From Anaeramoeba ignava BMAN (lineage: Eukaryota; Protista; Anaeramoebae), in NCBI GenBank assembly GCA_028826165.1, contig JAPDFW010000084.1, positions 248,001 through 312,000 on the forward strand: a DNA stretch of 64,000 nucleotides, read 5' to 3'. Positions 50,101 to 63,700 of the stretch are shown here, one piece after another. The first letter of the stretch is position 1, and each line of letters begins with the position of its first letter. The notes beneath the pieces were generated by a model. It was given only the letters and a program-made list of their open reading frames with translations. It did no database searches and was not told where the DNA came from. The position numbers and the translations under genes were made by a program.

Positions 50101-50263
50101 AAAAAGTGAAACTCATGGTTCAATTGAAATTGGAAAATTTGCTGATTTTATTATTTTAAATAACAAATTATGGCAACATATTATATATGAATTAACTTCA
50201 GATTCAATTATTGACAAAGTTATTAAATTTGGAAAAGTTATTTTTCAAAACGAAAAAAAATGA
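47198..50263 (+). CDS. AMDHD1: Imidazolonepropionase (HutI/AMDHD1), histidine catabolism
   Basis: Exons 47198-47453, 47827-48054, 48350-48888, 49991-50263. PGFIDCHTH, GATYMEIHKQGGGI, EAKSGYGL, DVFCEKG, FHGDEL, SHLE, SDFNPN motifs. Confidence 0.96.
47468..48345. repeat. (AAAATT)n arrays in imidazolonepropionase introns 1 (47454-47826) and 2 (48055-48349); exon 2 lies between them
   Basis: Directly visible. Confidence 0.9.
48895..49975. repeat. (ATAATTAAATTT)n 12-mer array filling imidazolonepropionase intron 3 (48889-49990)
   Basis: Directly visible. Confidence 0.95.
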
Positions 50264-50289
50264 AATTTAAAACAGAAATTCAAAACAGA

Positions 50290-51790
50290 AATTTATAATT
50301 AAATTTAAAACAAAATTTATAATTATATTTATAATTAAATTAATAATTAAATTTATATTTAAATTATTTCAAAATTAATAATTAAATTTAAAACAATTTA
50401 TAATTAAATTAATAATTAAAATTATAATTAAATTTATAATTAAATTAATAATTAAATTTATAATTAAATTTATAATCAAATTTATAATTAAATTTATAAT
50501 TAAATTTATAATTAAATTTATAATTAAATTTATAATTAAATTTATAATTAAATTTATAATTAAATTTATCATTAAATTTAAAACAAAATTTATAATTATA
50601 TTTATAATTAAATTTATAATTAAATTTATAATTAAATTTATCATTAAATTTAAAACAAAATTTATAATTATATTTATAATTAAATTAATTAAATTTATAA
50701 TTAAATTTATAATTAAATTAATAATTAAATTTATAATTAAATTTATAATTAAATTTTAATAATTAAATTTATAATGAAATTTATAATGAAATTTAAAATT
50801 AAATTAATAATTAAATTAATAATTAAATTTATAATTAAATTTATAATTAAAATTTATAATAAAATTTATAATTAAATTAATAATTAAATATATAATTAAA
50901 TTTATAATTAAATTTATAATTAAATTTATAATTAAATTTAATTAAATTTATAATTAAATTTATAATTAAATTTATAATTAAAAATATTAAAATTTATAAT
51001 AATTAAATTTATAATTAAATTTATAATTAAAGAAATTTATAATTAAATTTATAATTAAATTTATAATTAAATTTATAATGAAATTTATAATTAAATTTAT
51101 AATTAAATTTATAATTAAATTTATAATTAAATTTATAATTAAATTTATAATGAAATTTATAATTAAATTTATAATTAAATTTATAATTAAATTTATAATT
51201 AAATTTATAATTATATTTATAAATAAAAAGACTATAATTAAATTTATAATTTTTTCATTTAAAATTTTTAATTAAATTTTTATTTAAATTTTAATTAAAT
51301 TTATAATTAAAATTAATAATTAAATTAATAATTAAACCCATAATTAAATTTATAATTAAATTCATAATTATATTTTTATAATGAAATTTTATAATTATAT
51401 TTATAATTAAATTTATAATTAAATTAATAATTAAATTTATCATTAAATTTATAATTATTTAGAACCAAAATTTAGATTTATAAATTTTTCATAAAATTTA
51501 TAATTATATTTATAATTAAATTAATAATTATATTTATAATTATATTTATAAATAAATTTATAATTAAATTAATAATTAAATTTATAATTAAATTTATAAT
51601 TATATTTATAATGAAAAATTTTATATTTATAATTAAATTTATAATTAAACATATAATTAAATATATAATTAAATTTATAATCAAATTTATAATTAAATTT
51701 ATAATTAAATTTATAATTAAATTTATAATTAAATTAATAATTAAATTTATAATTATATTAATAATTAAATTAATAATTAAATTTAAAACA
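50290..51790. repeat. (ATAATTAAATTT)n 12-mer intergenic array
   Basis: Directly visible; same unit and variants as 48895-49975. Confidence 0.95.
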
Positions 51791-51907
51791 GAAAGAATAA
51801 AGAAAAAGAAATTCATTTTTTCATTTTTTCATTTTTTCATTTTTTGATTTTTTCATTTTTTGATTTTTTCATTTTTTCATTTTTTCATTTTTTGATTTGG
51901 TTTAAAA

Positions 51908-52204
51908 ATGTATAATCAAAAACATATTTTTAAAACAGGACCAACAATTCAATATGGAAAACCAGTTCATCATGTTGTTGCAAGAGGATATTTTATATTA
52001 GCGTGTTCAATTTTAGGATTTACTTTTATTATTTATTCACTTATAGTAAAAATTATTCCAGAACCAAAAGATCCAGATTTCTTATTTGAATTTTTTCATA
52101 ATGATTGGTATTATACTTTCCTTATTACCTTTATTGTTCATACTGTTTTTGTTTTCGTTTATTTTGAATGGCTTTCTTATGAAACTTTTACTAGAAATTC
52201 TTAA
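51908..52204 (+). CDS. PIG-Y/Eri1-like subunit of GPI-GlcNAc transferase
   Basis: 98 aa, two hydrophobic helices; GYFIL...KIIP...NDWYYTFL...VYFEWLS pattern typical of the family. Confidence 0.8.
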   Translation: MYNQKHIFKTGPTIQYGKPVHHVVARGYFILACSILGFTFIIYSLIVKIIPEPKDPDFLFEFFHNDWYYTFLITFIVHTVFVFVYFEWLSYETFTRNS

Positions 52205-52301
52205 AGAAAAAAAAAATTTTCTTTTATTAATAAATTCTTTTTAAATCAAAAAAGAAAAATTTATTTCAATTCATTTCAATTTAATTTTATTTTAATTTAG
52301 T

Positions 52302-54671
52302 TTAATTTAAATTTTTTTCATGTTTTTTATGATGTTTTTTATGATGTTTTTTATGATGTTTATGATGTTTATGATGTTTATGATGTTTTTTGTGATTTTT
52401 TTTTTCACTATTTATTTGATTTTCATTTTGATTTTCAATTTGATTTTGATTTTCAATTTGATTCTGTTTTTGTTTTTGATTTTGAATTTGATTTTGAATT
52501 TGATTTTGATTTTGATTTTGATTTTGATTTTGATTTTTATTTTGATTTTGATTTTGATTTTGATTTTGATTTTGATTTTGATTTTGATTTTGATTTTGAT
52601 TTTGATTTTGATTTTGATTTTGATTTTGAATTTGATTTTGATTTTGATTTTCAATTTGATTCTGTTTTTGATTTTGATTTTGATTTTCATTTTGATTTTG
52701 ATTTTGATTTTGATTTTGATTTTGAATTTGATTTTGATTTTCAATTTGATTTTGATTTTGAATTTCAATTTCAATTTGATTCTGTTTTTGATTTTGTTTC
52801 TGATTTTGATTTTGTTTTTGATTCTGATTTTGTTTCTGATTCTGATTTTGAATTTCAATTTCAATTTGATTCTGATTTTCAATTTTTGATTTTGATTTTG
52901 ATTTTTGATTTTGATTTTTGTTTTTGATTTGATTTTGTTTTTGATTTTGATTTGATTTTGATTTTTGATTCTGTTTTTTATTTTGATTTTGATTTTGTTT
53001 TTGATTTTGATTTTCTTTTTGTATTTTGATTTTTGATTTTTGATTTTGATTTTGATTTTGATTCTTGTTTTTGATTTTTTTGTTTTGATTTTGATTTGAT
53101 TTTTTGTATTTTATTTTTGTTTTTTGTATTTTTTATTTTATTTTTTGATTTTGTATTTTATTTTGTTTTTTTTTATTTTATTTTGTTTTTGTTTTTTATT
53201 TTGTTTTTGTTTTTGATTTTGTTTTTGTTTTTGATTTGTTTTTGATTTTGATTTTGATTTTTGATTTTGATTTTGATTTTGATTTTGATTTTGATTTTGA
53301 TTTTGATTTTGATTTTGATTTTGATTTTTATTTCTTGTATTTTTGGATTTGAGTTTAAACACTTTATTTGGTGTTTGAACTTGTTCTTGCATTAATTTTG
53401 CAAAAATCAATTGAATAGTATCAGTTCGAAAAAAATCTATAGAAGGAAAAAAAGAAATCTGTGAATCCGGATAAAAAATACGAAGAAAAATAATGATTCT
53501 TTCTGGAAAAAAGAACTTGAATTTTGAAAGTAAACGAGAATTAAATTGACTCCATTGAATTTCATTTTTTGGAGGAGGAAAATCACTCTCAAATAATTCT
53601 TCTTGAATTAAAGAACAAAGTGCTAATGAAGAAATAAGAAGAGTATTTGGAACACCAAGAAAAATCAAATCCAAAATAAACAAAGAAGTTTTCAAAGGAA
53701 ACAAATGAGAAAAACAAGTGATTAAACAATCCATAATAATTCCATGAAAAAATACTTGTCCAACTCCATCATTCAAATAAGGACGTAATTGAGGGAAATA
53801 TTTCGATGCTTGATCTCTTATGAATGTTATTGATTCTGATAAAAGAGGGAGTTTTTGATGATATAAATTCTGTAAAGAATATTTTTGCATTAAAAAATCT
53901 AAGAGCCAAAATACTCGATGTTCAATTTGATCTGTTGATAAATTTCCTTTTTCCATATAACTAAAAACTAATAGTGATGAAATGTAATTTAATCCTTGGC
54001 AATATCCAATTTGTTCATTGTATGATGAATATGCGAGTAAAACTCTTTCTAAACTTCTTATAATTGATGTTTTTGTTTCTAGAATTATTTCTTTTTCATC
54101 TTCAATTTGAATTTGATTTTGATTTTGATTTTGATTTTGATTTTGATTTTGATTTTGATTTTGATTTTGATTTTGATTTTGATTTTGATTTTGATTTTGA
54201 TTTTGATTTTGATTTTGATTTTGATTTTGAAATTTTCATTTAAATTTTCATTTTGATTTTGATTTTGATTTTCTTTTCTTTTTGATTTTGATTTTGATTT
54301 TGATTTTGATTTTGATTTTGATTTTCATTTAAATTCGGTTGTAAATTTTCATTTAAATTTTGTTGTAAATTTTCATCTAAATTTTGTTGTAAATTTAAAT
54401 TTGCTTTTATTTTTGCATTGGCTTTAATTTGCTCTAAAATTTCAGCAGAAATACTTCTTTTTGAATCTTTTTGAATTTTAGAGGCATATTCATTTTTACA
54501 ATAAACAAGCGATTCATAAATTTCATTCATAAAATCTTGTTGATAAATTGTTAATTCTAACCAAATTTGAAATCTATTTTTGTGTAGAAAACCTTCTTCT
54601 TTAATAATTTTATCAAATAATTCTTTTTTAATTGTATCAGAAAGCAAATCAAAATCAAATTTCTTTTGCAT
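52302..54671 (-). CDS. TBC-domain Rab GTPase-activating protein with long N/Q tracts; frame breaks within repeats
   Basis: RFQIW, IQKDSKRS (Arg finger) and IGYCQGLNY (Gln finger, ~54010-53985). The ORF pieces 54240-54671 and 53138-53956 join if one A is added near 54275. The NQ frame resumes and ends ...KHHKKHEKNLN* at 52302. Confidence 0.8.
52415..53330. repeat. (GATTTT)n hexamer array, read as (NQ)n on the minus strand at the TBC C-terminus
   Basis: Directly visible; noisy between ~52880 and 53250. Confidence 0.9.
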
Positions 54672-54792
54672 TTTTAAAAATTTTTAAAAGAAAAAAAATG
54701 AAAAAAGAAAAAAAGAAAAAAAATTTATTTTAAAAAATATTAAAATAAATCAATCCTTTTATTTATTTATTTATTTAAATTTTAATCTTAAA

Positions 54793-57700
54793 TTAAATCT
54801 TAGATAAATTCCATTGAAAACAATTGCCATTTTCATCTCCAGAATACATATTTTCCAAAGTATCAGTTACAAATAAAGCAGTTACAGGAGAATTATGAGT
54901 TGTTTTAAAACAACAAATAAAAGACAAATCAAAAGAATCCCAAGCAAATATTTTGCCCGAATACATTCCCGTCAAAACGACATTCTGAAAAACACCGACA
55001 TTTCCATTAGTAAAAACAGCAGATTTGACAAGTTCTTGTTCTTCAAGTTCCACTTTTTTTATGAGTCGACCGTTGATTGTCCACAACTTTAACGAATTGA
55101 TTTTTTTCTGAGAATTCGAACATGAATCGAACGTTAAGATGTCGCCATTGCTTTTGTTAATTGCAATTGTTGAAATTGGGCCATCGCAACCGTCCAATTT
55201 ATACAAACAGGAAAAATCATTCAAATCCCAAATGATTGCTGTTTTATCAGCCGAACCAGAAACAATGATATGGAAATCGGAAGAGCAAACAACACAGAGT
55301 ATCGGCTGTGTATGTCCGTACAAAATATTCCTGACATACATGTTAATAAACTTGTTCTCAATCGCGACCATTTGCCAAATTGTCAAAAAACATTTTGAGC
55401 CTCCTGTCACTAGAATTTTTTCTTTTGTTGAGGAATCGCAACAAATAATATGATCGTCAAAAGGGTTATCTGCGAAAAAAACAAGCTCTTCATCCAAAGT
55501 GTATATTCTTAATGTTTGATCGGTATTTTTCCAAGTTGAATATATTGTTTTCATTGGATAAATAATGCACTGATTTTGGGACACTGCGATGATCCGATTT
55601 CCTAATAGAAACAGTTGCCCAATTTTGAATCCGAAGGCGCGATAGCTGGATGGATTTTGGTAGATCACTCTCTTCAGGAGATGATGCGTTGTGTCTTGGA
55701 TTGTTTTTTTCAAGTCAGTTATTTTTTCGTTGGTAATAATGTTCTCACTTATTTTTTCATCGAATTCATTGAATGATTGATTTATTGGATTTTCTGTTTG
55801 ATTATTAACATCGATCTCTTCGATCTTGAGCAGAGATCTTGAGCTTGATTGTTTTCTCTCCATTTCTCTTTGTATTTTCTTGAATTTGCTTTTGGATTGA
55901 TGGAGTGATTTGAATAATTGCTTTGGTGTTTGTCCGAAATTCTTCAGCATTTTGATCACTCCTTGTCTTTCATTATCGTCTTGAATCAACTCGAAATCGG
56001 TGATTCCTTGGTATGTATTTGGATGGAACACATTCACAGAATCAACTGCGGCTTGGCCTCTTTGTTTGAATCCGAAAATCAAGTCGATCCACTTATTCAA
56101 GTTGATAGAAATATAATTGGATTCCAAAGCCATGAGTTGTTTATGAACAAAAAGTCTAGGGTCGTTATTGGCCCATTTGGGAAGAACAACATCGTCAACA
56201 CGAACACCGTTTTGTTTTTTGCCGAAATCAAATCCGTTCAGATTAGTCAAGCAATCTGGAAGATAGAAAAATTCAGGAATCAGCTCTTTGATATCGACGT
56301 TTGACAAAGAAGAAGACATTTTCCAATTTCTTTCCATTGAGTCAAACAGACGATCCGGAAGATCAAATTGTCCCGATTGGAAATCAATGAGCAGCGAGGC
56401 AAAGGGCTCTAGTCTGACAAGAAAACCCAATACAGAACCAATATTTGAATAATGAGTTCCGTAATGAAACGGCATTGTTCCGGTTTCCTTGAGATCATTG
56501 TATTTCGAAACGAATCTCTGCATTCGTTCGTGATCTAATGCTCCCATAGGCTTGGATACGTTGCGGAAAGTCGATTCATTTGTGATGTCAAGTACTTCCG
56601 AGTTGTAATCAGCAATCACATTCGGAAAAACTGGATATTGAGCGAGATCATTTGCGGATCTTCCTGCTAATGTGTTTAAATGCATCAAATACTCAAAGTT
56701 GCTCATCTTGTCTTTGATCCACAATTTTTGTATTTTGCTCACTGAATATTCTTGTTCGTAATCAAAGTAGTTTTCAAGTGTGTTTTTGAAAATTTCCTCA
56801 ATTATTTCTTCCCTTTTTTCTCTGTTTTCAAAAGCAAAAAACATTGTTCTTCCTGATGTCAGAAATATTTCAACCGCAATATCTTTCAATAAATATTTTA
56901 TTCTGTGGATTTGCTCAATTTCTTGATATCCAATTTTAAAGTGATTTCTTGCCACTTTTTTGAACAAATCCAGCGAAAATTCCCCTTCTTTCTTCATCAA
57001 CTTCTTGATGAAAAGATGGATCCCTTTGTCTGTGAATATGAGCTTGACAATACTATCTGTGTAAATTGTGATCAATTTACAGTGGAATATTTTCTTCTTC
57101 GTTTCATTTGTTGGAATGTAGTATTTTTTCTTTATAAAATATCTTGCCAATTGTTCAAATTCTGGTCTTAATGTAGGAATGGGAATATCATTGATCTCTT
57201 TCATTATTCTTGATGAATATAATTCCTGATCCTCTCCTTGTTTGAGTTCTTGCTTTCTCAACTTCTTCATGTTTCTTTTGTTTTGAAACTTAATTTTCTC
57301 GTTGGAAGAACATGAATCATTTTCTGAGGAATAATTTTTGTCTTTCAAAGAAGAAACAAACCCAATTTTCACACTAACATAATGCGTTGTTTCAGGTTCT
57401 AAATCAAATTTATTTATATAATTAATTTCTCTGATATTTTTGGCTTGAATCTTGATTTTCACTGTAACTCTTAATTTTTCTTCTTCATCTCTAAAATTTT
57501 CACTTTCATTTTTTTGATTTTGATTTTGATTTTGATTTTCAATTTCAATTTCATTTTCAATTTGTAAATCGTTGCTTTTCGTCTTTCGGAAAATAAACGG
57601 TGAATTAAATTTAACATCATGTGAACTAATATCATCTCCTAAATTCAAAAATAATTTTCTAATTCTCATTCTTTTTCTTTGAGTGCATTCAGCATCATCC

Positions 57701-60700
57701 AAAAAGAATAAAGTCAAGAAAGACTCGTTTTTCCAAACACTCCCTTCTTCTTGACTCCAATAAATGATTTCCTCCCATTTTTTGGGAATTTCCTTTTCTA
57801 ATAAAATACTTTTTTCCAGTTCTGCAATTCTTCCAAACGATAATTTATAAAACTTGGAATCAAACATTTCTTGTGATTCAGCAATTTCTTGTCCAAAATA
57901 TTGTCTGTATGAATTTTGGTTTTGTTGCGGATTTTGTGTAAAAAACAAATAATCATCATAGAAATTCTTCTTCTGATTCTCATATCTTTCGTGCAAAGTA
58001 TTAAAGCTTGTCTTGATCATACTTTGCAAACTTGGCAAATCAATTTTCTCGATTGTGATTGGTGTATTTGGTGGATTTTTTGTAATTTTTTCATTCAAAA
58101 TTTCAGTTATTTTTTCATCTCTAATCAGATAATTATAAAGAAATTGGATTTTTTGTTGTATTTTTTCATCATGTAAAGAATTGATAAATGCACTGATAAC
58201 ATGATAAAGAAATGTAAGTGCAAATTGTTCATGTAATCTTATTGATAATAATATATTCGGATGACCTGCTGCAAAGTTGATCACAGAATTTTGTAAAATT
58301 GGGAATTTACTCAGATTGATAAAATAAATAATAATGTTAATTATTTGGTTGAGAACCACTCTTCTTTTTTCGATTGGATACAATTCAGATTTTTCAAATT
58401 CTGTGAAAATTCTCAAAATTGATTGAATAAAAAACATATCAAAATCTACTGGATACGAAGTTTTATCTGCAAATGAAAATTCTTTTTCTGTCCAAAATAT
58501 TATTAAATTTGTAGATAATTGAACAAATTCAATGAAGTTATCGAAAAATATTTCTTTTTTTTCATTTTGATTTTGATTTTGATTTTGATTTTGATTTTCT
58601 TTTTCATTTTGATTTTGATTTTCTTTTTGATTTTCTTTTTCTTTTTCATTTTCATTTTGATTTTCATTTTCATTTTGATTTTGATTTTCTTTTTGATTTT
58701 GATTTTCTTTTTCTTTTTCTTTTTCTTTTGAATCCATAACCAAAATTCCATTTATTTTCAAAAATAAATCACCAACACTAATCAAAATGAATTGCTGAAG
58801 AAATCGAACTTTCAAAGTTGGAATTTCAAAATTTCGACTTCCAAAAACAAATACTATTCTTGAAACTACATTTTGGAATCCATTTGGAACCTGAATTGCA
58901 TTTTCGCAAATGGAAATTAAAAATGCAAATGCCTCTTTCTCAATATCAGTTTTCAATCCTTGTTTGATATTGAGTAGAAATTTATTTCCCAAATCACTTC
59001 TTTTATGATTTCTATTTTTTGAATCATCTTCACTTTTTTCATCTGTTTCAATTTCAACACTTGAATTTTGCTCTTTTATTGAAACAGAAATTTGTTCATT
59101 CATTGATTCATTTTCGTTCATAAATTCTTCATGAATCACAATATCCACAATTGTGTAAACCAACTCAATTTCCATAAATGAAATTTGGAGAGATTCGTTT
59201 TTTTGGTATAAATCCTTAATTGTTTTTAAAATATGATTCTTGATTGCAAACTCATCCGAATATATTATCATTCCTAACAATATTGGCGACACCTTTTGAG
59301 TAATCAGCAAAGATCCAAACATTTCATCCACTAAAGCTAAAGAATACGGCTTTTTTTTCAAGTAATGAGTCACTAAATAGCATCCTTTTTTGTGAAGAAA
59401 ACGAGATCTAAATGATGGTGATTTTAAAAATTCTTTCATCAACTTAACAAGTTCAATTCTTACTTCTTCAGCATTATGAGAAAGTAAAGGATAAAAAAAT
59501 TTTGGATCCAAATTATCCAAAAATTCATTTGTATTTTTTTTTTGGATCATATTTTTGCGGATCAAATTGGATAGTGTTCTGATCAAGAAAATTTGAGATT
59601 GACTCTGATAGGGTTTTAATTCTTTGAGAAAAATTCTTTGTTTTGATTCATCATTACTCCCATGATAAGGAATATAATATTTTCTTTGAGGTTGGATATT
59701 TTCAATTTCAATTTCAATTTTAATTTCATTTTCATTTGTATTTTCATTTGTATTTTCATTTATATTTTCATTTGTATTTTCATTTTTGTTTAAATTGGTT
59801 GAATCAGAATTGCTTTTAGATTGTTGAATTATAAAAGATTCCTCATAATGAAAAAGTAAAATGAAGTTGAATATTTTTTCTACATCTCTTGATTTAATCG
59901 CAATTATTTCAATAATTTTCATTACTGAAGAAAGTAAAGAAGTTGGAAATGTTAAATCTTGATCTAATATTTGTAAAATTTTTGTGAGGAAATTGGCGCT
60001 TCGGAATATGGAAATATTAAATTTAGCAACTTCATCATTTGAAGAAATTAAGGAATATAAACTGGAAAATAGACTAATTTTAACGTTATCAGGTGCTCTT
60101 TTCCATATTTTCCAATTGATTATTAAGTGATTAAAAGCATTTATATTTTTAATTATCCCAATATTGAAAAGTTCATTTCCATCATTTTCATTATTATTTT
60201 CATCAAAAATATTTTCATTATTTTCATCAGATTTTAAATAAACATCTTCTAAATTTACTCTGTGTAATTTTTGATTTTTTGAAATTCCACAAATTTTAAA
60301 GCAAATTGATAAAGTCTCCATATTGACAATCCACAAATTATTTTCCAAAAGTCTTTTGAGTAACAAAAACACATCCATACCAAGAAAATCATGCTGATTG
60401 TTGAATAAAATTCTGCTGATAAAAGTGTGCAGAAGATGTAAAGATTCAATTTGGAATTTTGGTTTCCTGAATAGACATGTCGAAATGAAATATAGAATCA
60501 ATTTGATTCCACCAAGAGAAATGACTGAATCGCAACCATGACAAAAACGCTTTGTTTGCACATATTCGTTTGAGTTTTCCCTTTGGTTGTAAAATGAGGT
60601 TAATAAATCACTTTGACTATCATGAATAATTGGACCTTTTATTGAGATGAGAGCGATTGGAGTATTTGCTGTATAAACAAAAATCAAGCTATTACGAATT

Positions 60701-63700
60701 TCAGCTAATTCGTAATCTGATAATTTACATAGTCCATTTGCGAAGTAATGGGCGACTTTTTTATAATTATGTGAATTGATGAAATGGTAATAAATGTGGT
60801 TTTCCAAAGATTTTTCGAATGTTTTGGTGTAATTTGGACCGACTAAATAAAGAGATAACACTTTTTTTGCGTTCAATGGCTCTGAAAAAACAAAAAGACT
60901 TGAAAAAAGCCAATATCTCTTCTGAGATTTAATTGGGGTTAATTTTCTTTGTGATGTATTCAAAGATTTTTGAGTAGAATTGGCTCTTTCTTGTAATGTA
61001 ATTGTTGATTCTGTGAATAGAAATTTTTCCTTTTGGTTTTTTGGATCGTGAAAGTCAACAAATTGAAATTGAGAGGTTTCGATATCAGAATGAGGATTTT
61101 TAAGGAAGAAAAAGCCTCCGCCAACTGAAATTAATTTACATTTTTTCAATTCATTTTCAAAACTGATATTAATGGTATATGATTTGATGTGGTTTCCGTT
61201 CACAAAGAAATCGATACTCAATTGAGATTCTTTTTTAAATTCGAAAATAAGTGAAACTTGGTACCAATAATCAGGTTTGAATTGAAAAGTCTTAAACAAT
61301 ATGCAATATTTCTGGTCGAACATTTCCAGATAAATTTTCTTCTGGTAAGTGAAGAATATTCTGATAAAAGCGGATGAGTTGAGATCATGGAAAGATAATA
61401 ATTGGATTGATTTGAAATTGTTTTTGTTGAGTGAATCAATTGCTCTTTGTGTTGGATTAAACCAAAAATAAAACGAGAATCCTTTAGATGAAAAGGATAT
61501 TTTCTCAGAAATGGGGAATTCAATAATTCCTGTTTTTTTCTTGTCTTCAACAAGGATTTTTCTGACATAAGATGGTATTATTTGATGTTTGCATATTTGG
61601 GTCAATCCTTTCAAAATGGTGAATGGGAAATGGGGTGGCTTTTAGTAAGTATAGAAAATCCTTCATTTCTTTTGGAATAATTTTATATTTTGCAAGATTG
61701 ATGATCATTTGCATGAATTTAGATTGAAGAGGATGACTTTCGTCTTCAATTATCCATTTAAATTGGTTCAAAATGTGAGAAATTATTCTCTGAGAACTTA
61801 AGTGTTTGCTATTAACTTCGAAGTTCTCAATCAAATAAATGATGTCATCCAAGACGTTTTCAACAACATTCATTTGTATAGCTTGTTTTTCCATTGGTTT
61901 TGATAATAGTAATAAAAGTAGTTTGATGATATCTGGGTATTTGACAACGAATTTAGAATGAGGATCACGTAAAGGATATGAAGGAAAGGCTATTTCTGTG
62001 ATGGAAATGAAAGGGTTTGATTCAGAATCAAAAGATATTTTGTTCAATATTTCCGAGTAAATATTTTGAGGATCGAAGTTATTATTTTTATTATTATCAT
62101 TCAAATTTTCTTTTTGATTTTGAATTTGAATTTGATTTTCTTTTTGATTTTGAATTTGATTTTGATTTTCTTTTTGATTTTCAAATTGATTTTGATTTTG
62201 AATTTGATTTTGAATTTGAAGTTGATTTTGATTTGGATTTGGATTGTTATATTTATTAAAAGGATCTAAATTTCTTATTTTGGGCTTTATTCCTCCTCCA
62301 ACAGATAAATTTAGAAATGTTTCTGCAAGCAATTCTGCAAATGGGGAATAAAACAGTTTTGTCAATTCAATTGATTCATAAAGAGATTGGAATTGCAATT
62401 CGTTGATAAACAATTTCTGGTTTTCAATGTTATCTTTGAGCACAACAATCATTGTGCGAAAGAGAACATCGATAATCATAAAGGCTGAATATTCAATTTC
62501 TCTTCTGGCATTTTGTTTTAAATTTTCATCCAAATTCACAATTTTTTCCTTTTCCAATTTGATTGATTTGCCAATCACATGAATAACTGAAAAAGCCCAA
62601 AAAAAGCCAATATTGAAGTTATTTTTCAAATGAGGCAATTCTCGGAACAAGATTGTTAAAGAAGCCAAAATATCTATTCGTGTCAGAAGTAAATTTCTTT
62701 CTAAAGATGAAGAACTTCCTGAGAGTTGCAATAACATCAGTAAGTCTTCGAATATTTTCTCTGATTCTTGCTTTGATGAATGAATACATACTTCAATAAT
62801 AACTTTCAACAAAGACCATCTTGTTTTTGAAGAAGAAACCAAATCATAGAGCATTTGGAATCCCTGAACTGATTGAAATTTAATTCTATTTTGTTGGTTA
62901 TTTTTCAATAGTAATGCAATTAAATGAAAGACAGAATAATCTCCTGAATTAAATTCAATGAATTTAGTTTTTATTTGAGATGAATTTGGATCATCATCTT
63001 TATTTTGATTATTTTCATTATTTTGATTATTTTGATTATTTTGATTATTTTCATTATTTTGATCATTTTCATCATTTTCATCATTTTCATCTTGATCTTG
63101 ATCTTGATCAGAAAATTTTTGTTTTAGAATTTTTTTCAAAATACTTGAAATAACCTCAATTACTCCAGCTTCTTGGAGTTTGTCATCAAAACTTGGATAT
63201 TGCAAAATTAAAGAGATCATGTGTTCAGATACTTTCCTGACAATTTGAGGGTTTTCATTAAGCAAAACCCTACAATATCCAAAAAGTTGAGTTGAAAGAT
63301 CGTAATGGAAAAGAACAAATTCAAGAATTTTTAGCGTTTTGTCCTGGTTTTCGCTATCGAGTTTGGGGAAAACTTTGAATAGAAAATTCAAAACATTTGT
63401 GTCTTGAAGGAAAAGGAAATTTGCAGGATGCTCTGTAAGGATGATTTCGATGACTCTGAGCAAAAAGCCTTCAATCCCCCAATTGAAAGAATCTGGGAAG
63501 TAAATATCCAGAATGATTTGGAAAGCATCAAAATTTCGAACGACTTTGTATAGTTTTTCCTTGATTTGAAGTTCAAGCAGTAAATCATTGATTTTGGGGT
63601 TTTGAGTAAAGTCCTCATCATCAAATGGACTTGAGGAGAATTTGGGGGTCATCATTGAAGTGAGACTTATAATTTGTGTGAAAAGGGAGTTTTTGTCACA

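Noticed and set aside
54268-54285. Frameshift in the TBC gene as recoding or pseudogenisation
   Set aside because: One missing A in an A-run within an NQ/KE repeat restores the frame, and catalytic motifs on both sides are intact.
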